Source of the DNA: Octopus vulgaris
Taxonomy: Eukaryota
DNA length: 64,000 nt
Assembly: GCA_951406725.2 (NCBI GenBank)
Contig: OX597831.1
Span: 79,670,001-79,734,000, forward strand
Direction: 5' to 3'
Position numbers and translations under genes: made by a program. How positions within the stretch are numbered: position 1 is the stretch's first letter; the number at the start of each line of letters is the position of its first letter. The notes under the pieces are model-generated. The model was not told the origin of the DNA. It worked only from the letters and a program-made list of their open reading frames with translations, and searched no databases. Shown here piece by piece: positions 55,504-64,000 of the stretch.

Positions 55504-56693
55504 TAAATACACACACACACATATATATTCACTCACATATCATAATATCATAATATCTTCAATATGTAAAAGTATAAAGAAATCATACATGGGTAGATGC
55601 GTGTGTATATGCCTTGTGTATACACATACGAATGGATGCGCACTCACGCGCGTGACTGTGTGCGCGCACGTGTATGTGGATGTGCTTCTGAGCGCGCGTG
55701 TACTTGTTTTTTGTTTTTTTTAGATATGTGGCAGGGAGACATGCATTGTCGTTATGAGTTTGGACATGCAAAGCCAATCGTATGCTAGAGCGAGGCGGTC
55801 TATTGGAAGTGTGTGTAGATAGATAGAGAGATGGCTGATTAACACTTGAAGATAATAGCTTTATATATACACACCTGTTTATACACGCACTCACACACAT
55901 ATGGTGTACAGGCAAACTTACACAAACGCTAACAAATACGTAAAATCAGGGAACGTAAACTGTCAAATACACAGTCGTATACAAGCATACACAAACACAT
56001 GTATATACATACACACGCATACATACATACATACATACATACATACAATAAGAAATATAAAGCACCTGTAGACACCCAGCACAAGAGTGTAATGTAAACA
56101 CTTGAAATTTATTAACCTCAGGTTTGCGCAAGTTCTTTTGAAACATTTTTTTCCTGACACACGTTTCTGCTATCAAACACACACACACACACACACACAA
56201 ACACACGCATGCACGCACACACCAAAAACACACGTACGCACACACATAGCACACATACACAAACACACAATTACCAACCCTCGCACACAACAGCACGCAC
56301 AAGTCCGCGCGCATAAACCTACTTCATTCTACCTTTGTTCTGGCCGATCGGATTCTGGTCAGCCCTTACAAAGCAAAACTATAATCAAAGACATTCCGGC
56401 CATGACCATGGCGAACAAATGCCAGAATCGCTGACACATTAGAAAAGTAACTGCAAATTTTAATTATGGTCCTTTGAACGTTCTACTTGCAAAGCTACCC
56501 GAAAACCAACTTTCTAGTTCGTCCTTTCTAGGGGTGTTGAAATAAAGTACCAGTGGCATACGGGGGTAGATCTAATCAACAATGAAAGTGTTTCTTCAAG
56601 CCTTTCTCTGTTATTTAACCCGTATATTTTCACGATCACCCCCTTTAATCTTACGCAAATATAAAAATGAATTAATAATATATGATTTAATTG

Positions 56694-57053
56694 CGCCGAG
56701 GTCGACTTTGCCTTTCGAGGTCGATAAATTAAGTACCAATTACGTACTGGGGTTGATCTAATCGACTAATCCCCTACCCCAAAATTTCCGGCTTCGTGCC
56801 TAGAGTAGAAAAAAATAATTTATGAGTTATGAAGTGGTGAGCTGGCAGAAACATTAGCGCGCCGGGCGAAATGCTTTGCGGTATTTTGTCTGCCGTTATG
56901 TTCTCAGTTCAAATTCCACCGAGGTCTACTTTGCTTTTTATCCTTTTGGGGTCAATTAAATAAGTACCAGTTATGCACTGGGGTCGATGTAATCGATCGA
57001 CTTAATCCGTTTGTCCCCTCTGTGTTTAGCCCCTTGTTGGTAGTAAAGAAATA
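56694..57053 (+). mobile_element. Two adjacent family A SINEs (short tail 56694-56815; long tail 56833-57053)
   Basis: Two family A cores, each with its own tail type. Confidence 0.8.
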
Positions 57054-57441
57054 GAAGAGAATAATTTACGATTTATGCACAAGACTAGTAAATTCGAAGT
57101 GAGGATATGCCGATACCATCGGCTCCAGTACTCTAATTGTACTTTATTAGATTATAAGACCTAGAGATATGAAAAACAATGTACTCCTTATCGGGATTCG
57201 ATCTCAGTATTTCGTCAGATGCGCTAAAGATTGTTGCCAGCTCACCAACGTGTGTTGAGATACGACAAAACCAATTTGAGATTCAACAGAAGAATTTTAT
57301 TATATTTTGACAAGAAGGCTGACAGTGACTTCGAAGCTTTGTTCTGCTGGTTTTCGTCAGGTTGCCTCTCTCACTCATTTCCTCTCTCTCTCTCTCTTTC
57401 TCTCTCCCTTTGCCCCTCTTTCTCTCTCGCTTTCTCTCTCT

Positions 57442-57680
<239 letters not shown>

Positions 57681-57755
57681 ATATATATATATATATTCAC
57701 ACACACACACACGCACACACTCATACACATTCACACACACGCATATGTATATATA

Positions 57756-58150
57756 CAGGGGGGACAGAGAGGACAGACGCTTTTGAAATGGCTATTACTC
57801 AGCCCCAGAAGCGAGGGGCATATGTCCGATAAGCACCCATTGGGTCCGTGGTGTCTTGGCATTTTTCTTTTCAGGTGAAGCCCTGGCGATTTGGACGATA
57901 GTTACGTGAAGAATAACGAGTTTGTCACAGCAGTTCAGCCTGAGTTTCGGTGCCACTTCAACATTCACCAATATCAGGCTGTCCCACCCGCAACACAATC
58001 TTATCTTGGGTGAATGCACTTCGTACACAAGGTACACTAATGAATACGAGACCAGTGGGGGCGCCACGAACGGTACAGACCCCGGAAAACATGGAACATG
58101 TCAGACAAGCTTTTATACGGAGTCACAATCGCTCTGCTCGCGAGGCATTC
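57756..58150 (+). mobile_element. 5' fragment of the same Tc1/mariner family as 4496-5760
   Basis: TA|CAGGGGGGACAGAGAGGACAGACGCTTTTGAAATGGC, co-linear with 4496-4900. Confidence 0.85.
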
Positions 58151-58407
58151 TCCAGATTCTACGAGAGTAGATGCAAGCGCTACCATATGATTTATAAAAA
58201 CATGTAACATATTAATAAAAATCTGTAAATGTACAACCATCCAGATTTCTGAGTACCTTATTTTTTCTAATATATAATACCTGTATATCATCTCCAAACC
58301 TTCTCACACGCACACAACACACACACACACGCACACAGACACACACACACACATATATATACATATATATACATTTACATATTTCTATATGGATATATAT
58401 ACATATG

Positions 58408-58477
<70 letters not shown>

Positions 58478-58704
58478 CATATGTATGTATATATATATAT
58501 ATATATATATATGTACGTAGATGTGTTTATGTATATATGATTGTACGTATGTATGTGTGTATATATGTATGCCTGTGTGAATACATACATACGTTCACAC
58601 GGAGGTTGATCAGAAGCATTCAACCATTCAGCCGTTCAAACCAATAAGATGATGGTTACGTTTCACGCGTGGACACATCGCATTGTCTATTGAAAACAGT
58701 CCCG

Positions 58705-58757
58705 CCCTGATGTCACACATGATGTAATTTCATATTACTTCATCTGTGACATCAGGG
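58705..58757. other. 53-nt near-perfect hairpin
   Basis: CCCTGATGTCACA c ATGA t GTAAT ttcat ATTAC t TCAT c TGTGACATCAGGG. Confidence 0.85.
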
Positions 58758-58914
58758 TAATCCGGTTAGAACAAGATATGTTTGTGGGTGTGGTTGAAGA
58801 CACGTGGATGATACCCGCTTCTGTAAAACGGCGCATCAGTGAAAGGATTTCCTTAATATCTTATATCAAATCGACTCACGCCTGGTTTGTGTGTGTGTGT
58901 GTGTGTGTCTGTGT

Positions 58915-59056
58915 GTTTGTAGTTAAGACATTGCGTTCACGATCGCTGGATCGTGGGTTCGATTCCTAGACAGGGCGTCGCGTTTTGTTCTGGAACAAAG
59001 TAAAAAACAAAAACTTCATTTCACATCGCTCGAGGCCCACTCAGCTGCAAATGAAT
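58915..59056 (+). mobile_element. Diverged tRNA-derived SINE
   Basis: GTAGTTAAG...GGTTCGATTCC (B-box), ending in (GAT)n. Confidence 0.55.
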
Positions 59057-59057
59057 A

Positions 59058-59132
59058 GATGATGATGATGATGATGATGATGATCTAGAAGAAGAAGAAG
59101 AAGAAGAAGAAGAAGAAGAAGAAGAAGAAGAA

Positions 59133-59170
<38 letters not shown>

Positions 59171-59186
59171 AGAAGAAGAAGAAGAA

Positions 59187-59224
<38 letters not shown>

Positions 59225-59261
59225 AGAAGAAGAAGAAGAAGAAGAAGAAGAAGAAGAAGAA

Positions 59262-59308
<47 letters not shown>

Positions 59309-59319
59309 AGAAGAAGAAG

Positions 59320-59351
<32 letters not shown>

Positions 59352-59417
59352 GATGATGATGATGATGATGATGATGATTTAGAAGAAGAAGAAGAAGAAG
59401 AAGAAGAAGAAGAAGAA

Positions 59418-59467
<50 letters not shown>

Positions 59468-59518
59468 AGAAGAAGAAGAAGAAGAAGAAGAAGAAGAAGA
59501 AGAAGAAGAAGAAAAGAA
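59058..59518. repeat. Higher-order compound microsatellite [(GAT)n-(C/T)TA-(GAA)n] x6
   Basis: Direct observation. Confidence 0.95.
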
Positions 59519-61037
59519 GACAGCCGAGTTAGAAGAAATTAACGATGATAAAGTAATCAGAATTGAAACACCAAACACAGACATTGACAACAACAACAAC
59601 TACAATAACAGCAACAACAATAAATATAGCAACAACGGAGTGGAAATAAATAGTTGATATCGAAATGTAGAATAAAAATGGTGGAATAAAGAGAAGGACG
59701 ACAACGATAAGAAGACGTGGAGAACGGCGGCAAGAACAACGAATTGAACGAGGCCTCGACTGTGGATGATGACGATGACGACAGCAACAACAACAACAAC
59801 AACAACAAGAGCAGCAGCAGCAGCATCAACTAACACACCATTAGCTACATTGACAGCAACAACAATAACAGCAACGACAGCTTAGAATTATAGTTTATAT
59901 CGAAACGTAGAAAAAAATAAAATGGTGGCTAGAGGAAAAAAGAAATCTAAGAAACGACACGTAGAACAACTGCAGCAGCAGCAGCAGCAGCAGCAGCAAC
60001 AACACCAACACAAGCACAAGAACAACAACATCTTCAGAGGCATCGCAAATGTCAGCGCAATGCTTGCCCATTTACCAATGCACAAAACGGTTGATAACGC
60101 AGGTAGAATTAGATGACGACGACGACGACGATGATGATGATGATGATGATGATCGGAAGATGTTTAAACGAAAAAAATTGACGGCCATTAGTCACTGTGA
60201 TTCTTTCTCTAGAGTGGTGGAGGTGGTGGTGATGGTACTGGTGGTAGTGGTGCTGGTGGTAGTGGTGCTGGTGGTAGCGATGGGGTTATGGTGGTGGTGG
60301 AATGTGGGGAGGGTTGTGGGGTTGTGGTAGTGTTTTTGTGTTGTTGTTAGTGCTGGTGTTGGTAGTAGTGAGGTTGTTGTGGAAGATGACAGGTGGTGGT
60401 GCTGGTGCTGGTGGTGGCGGTGGGGGTTATTGTGGTGGTGGGTTGTGGGGAGGGTTGTGTTGATGGTGGTAGTCGTGGTGGTGTTAGTGGTGGTAGTAGT
60501 GAGGTTGTTGTGCTGGAGGTCGAGGTGGTGGTGGTGGTGGTGGTGGTGGCGGTGGTGACGGCGGGTGAAGTTGCTGGTTGAGGCGAGTGAGGCCGAGGGC
60601 CACCTCACAATATTGCGACTAACAGCGGCAACATCACCAACAATAACAGAGCTTCAGCCATAACCATGTCTCTTATTCCACTATCATCATCATCACCACC
60701 ACTAATAACAGCAACCACAATAACAACAACAACAATACCGTCAATATTACCAACAACAGAAAATGGCAAGCTGACAGGGTCGGTAATACACCGCGATCAA
60801 TGCTTAACGGCATTTCGTCCGTCTTTACATTCTGAGTTCAAATACCACTGACGTCGACTTCGCTTTTCATCTTTTTCAACTGGTACTTATTTCAATAAGT
60901 ACCAGTTAAATAATGGGGTTCAACATAATCGTCTAACATTGTCCCCTAAATTGCTGGCCCTGTGCCAAAATTTGAAGCCAATATTTTATAAAGGCGGTGC
61001 CAAAGTTTGAAGCTAATAATTTTTGGCGTATTTATTA

Positions 61038-61720
61038 AGGCGGTGAGCTGGCAGAATCGTTAGCACGCCGGGCGGAATGCGTAGCCGTATTTCGTCTGCC
61101 GCTACGTTCTGAGTTCAAATACCACCGAGATCGACTTTGCCTTTCATCCTTTCGGGGTCGATTAAATAAGTACCAGTTACGCACTGGAGTCGATATAATC
61201 GACTTAATCCGTTTGTCTGTCCTTGTTTGTCTCCTCTGTGTTTAGCCCCTTGTGAGTAGTAAAGAAATAAGTATTTCGTATGCTGTTACGTTCTGAGTTC
61301 AAATTCCAGAGAGGTCGAGTTTGCCTTTCATCCTTTCGGGGTCGATTAAATAAGTACCAGTTACGCACTGGGGTCGATATAATCGACTTAATCCGTTTGT
61401 CTGTCCTTGTTTGTCTCCTCTGTGTTTAGCCCCTTGTGGATAGTAAAGAAATAAATATTTCGTATGCTGTTACGTTCTGAGTTCAAATTCCAGAGAGGTC
61501 AAGTTTGCCTTTCATCCTTTCAGGGTCGATTAAATAAGTAGCAGTTACGCACTGGGGTCGATATAATCGACTTAATCCGTTTGTCTGCCCTTGTTCGTCC
61601 TCTTTCTGTTTAGCACCTTGTGAATAGTAAAGAAATAAGTATTTCGTCCGCCGCTACGCTCTGAGTTCAGTTCCACCCGAGGTCGACTTCGCTTTAAGCC
61701 TTTTGGGGGTCGATATAAAA
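61038..61720 (+). mobile_element. Family A long-tail SINE expanded into a 184-bp tandem array (about 3.4 units)
   Basis: Units start with TATTTCGT at 61088, 61272, 61456 and 61640. A diverged family A copy precedes it at ~60760-60985. Confidence 0.9.
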
Positions 61721-62425
61721 ATGAATCGGAAAGTCCGAGAGAGAGAGCTAAGACAAATGCTGGAGATGGTTTAGTGCCGAGTCTGTTGCGGTTCTTCTCT
61801 AGAGAATTCAGAAGAGGAGACCCAAGTGCGGCGAACAAAGGACAGCAAGATTTGGACCTTTAAAAAAGAACAACGATTATTTCAGCGTTAAAGGGGGAAA
61901 TTGTTGAAATATGGAGGTAAGAAACACACACAGATATCACAACAGCAACAAGAGCAACATTAAAAACAAACACAAAATCACTACTACTACTACTACTACT
62001 ACTACAACTACCACCACCACTACTGCTGTTATTACCACCACAACCACAACAACAGCTACTACTACTACTACTACTACTACTAGTACTGCTATTAATACCA
62101 CCACAACCACTACTACCACTACTGCTATTACTACCACCACAACCACAACTACTACCCTAACCCCGGCCATCACAAAAAACACGGGATCCTCTACCTACAC
62201 GATTACCCGACTTGCTAGAAATACCAACCAAATATTTCTGAAACACTCTATCTAGCTATCTGCCTGCCTGTCTGTCTGTCCCTCTGTCTCTCTATTTATT
62301 TGCCTGGCTATCTATCTATGTCTGTCTGCCTGGCTGACTATTGTCTACCTCTCTTTCTATCTACTAGATCATCTATCAATATTTCTTTGTCTTTCTACCT
62401 ATCTACCTATCTATGTCAACCAATG

Positions 62426-62802
62426 TGGAGTTGCAATGGCCCGGTGGTTAGGGCAGCGGACACGCGGTCGTAGGATCACAGTTTCGATTCCCAAACCGGA
62501 CGCTGTGAGTGTTTATTGAGTGAAAACACCTAAAGCTCCACGAAGCGGAAGCAGGGGATGGTGGTGATCCCTGCTGTAGTCTTTCACCACAATTTTCTCT
62601 CACTCTTTCTTCCTGTTTCTGTTGTACCTGTATTTCAAAGGGCCAGCCTTGGCACACACTATCACGCTGAATCTCCTCTAGAGCTACATTAAGGGTACAC
62701 GTGTCTGCGGAATGCTCAGCCACTTGCACATTAATTTCACGTGCAGGCTGTTGTTGATCGGATCAAATGGAACCCTCGTCGTCGCAACCGGCGGAGTGCC
62801 AC
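62426..62802 (+). mobile_element. SINE family C, tail type 2
   Basis: tRNA-like head followed by the TCTGTTGTACCTGTATTTCAAAGGG...CGGAGTGCCAC tail. Confidence 0.85.
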
Positions 62803-62823
62803 GACGATATGTATGTATGTATG

Positions 62824-62871
<48 letters not shown>

Positions 62872-63260
62872 AATGATAGCTAGCTAATTGATAAAATGCA
62901 TCAAATAACAACGACAAGAAAGGATAGTCACGGCTGGAACAACTTTTGATCATAGACCTAGTTTGATCGGAGGTAACCTTGGCCAACCAGCCACCCAATC
63001 CGGCAGCCTCCCACCAGCCACCCTGCAAGTCACTCAGCAACCGCTCGTCCGACCATCCGTCCGACCGACCATCCAGCCAGTCCTCTACAGCCGTCGTACA
63101 CAGCAGCCATTAGTTTTACGGTGTCAATCCAGTAAAAAGATAGCACTGCCGCCATCATCAGTTGCGAAAAAGACAAAGGTCATCCGTTTACGGAGCGAAA
63201 GCGAGGAGTGTTTGACTCTGGAGCTCACCCTACACCCTCCCTCAACACTCCATACACCTT

Positions 63261-63308
<48 letters not shown>

Positions 63309-63659
63309 ATTATACACACATACACATACACAAATACAAACGCGCAGAAAACATTCATTCGGGTTTTCTATTGGTTGTTTTCTTTCCCTCCGTCATTTTT
63401 CTTTGCCTTTCCTTTTTCTTTTCTTCCACCGCTTCCCATTTACAACCAACAACAACACCAACCCCAACCAACACAACCACCACCATCACTACTACTGCCA
63501 CCATCACCACCACCACTACTACTATTTTTAGCATTACTAACTACCACTTCTACTACTGCCGCTACTACAACTGCTACAACTTTTACTACAACCATTTTTT
63601 ACTACTACTACTACTACTACCACCACCACCATTATTACGACTACTACTACTAATAATAA

Positions 63660-63874
63660 TAATCCTTTCTGCTGCAGGCACAAAGCCTGGAATTTTTGGG
63701 GGGGAGGGGACTAGTCGATCACATCGACCCCAGTGTTTCACTGGAACTTTATTTATCGACCCCGAGAGGATGAAAGGCAAAGTCGACCTCGGCGGAATTT
63801 GAACTTAGAATGTAGTGACGCACGAAATAATAGCATTTCGTCCAGCGTGCGAAAGATTCTGCCAGCTCGCTGCC

Positions 63875-63937
<63 letters not shown>

Positions 63938-64000
63938 TTTTCTACTCTAGTCATAAATCCCGAAATTTTGGGGGATGAGGGTCAGTCGATTAGATCGACC
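63660..64000 (-). mobile_element. Two family A short-tail SINEs (63660-63876; 63935 to window end)
   Basis: GGCACAAAGCCTGGAATTTTTGGGG...GATGAAAGGCAAAGTCGACCTCGGCGGAATTTGAAC. Confidence 0.8.

Noticed and set aside
61088-61720. CRISPR-like or coding tandem array
   Set aside because: The units are homologous over their whole length with no unique spacers, and the context is eukaryotic.
62963-63802. 279-aa ORF
   Set aside because: It runs through (CT)/(CA)/(ACT) microsatellites and an antisense SINE, and has no recognisable domain.

Overview
This is eukaryotic, extremely microsatellite-rich DNA whose repeat content resembles an octopus (coleoid cephalopod) genome; that taxonomic call is inference. 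I recognise no intact host protein-coding gene, and nearly all ORFs in the track are translations of simple repeats. The window is a transposon landscape. It holds one near full-length but disrupted Tx1/L1-clade LINE (~12.2-18.2 kb), 3' fragments of RTE, I/Nimb-like and R4/Dong-like LINEs, two decayed Tc1/mariner transposons and a MITE. It also holds two head-to-tail non-autonomous Helitrons, a Penelope-type GIY-YIG remnant and over 25 copies of at least three tRNA-derived SINE families. The main discoveries are: (1) about ten minimal type-I hammerhead-ribozyme motifs in short elements that mostly sit in (TA)n tracts; (2) a SINE 3' tail that matches the 3' end of the Tx1 LINE; (3) one SINE head joined to three alternative tails; (4) a strong AG|GTAAG recursive-splice-like site and a 21-nt candidate microexon, both on the minus strand, hinting that part of the window is intronic; (5) a pre-miRNA-sized hairpin in unique sequence. 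All alignments and folds were done by eye, so coordinates of decayed elements are approximate.
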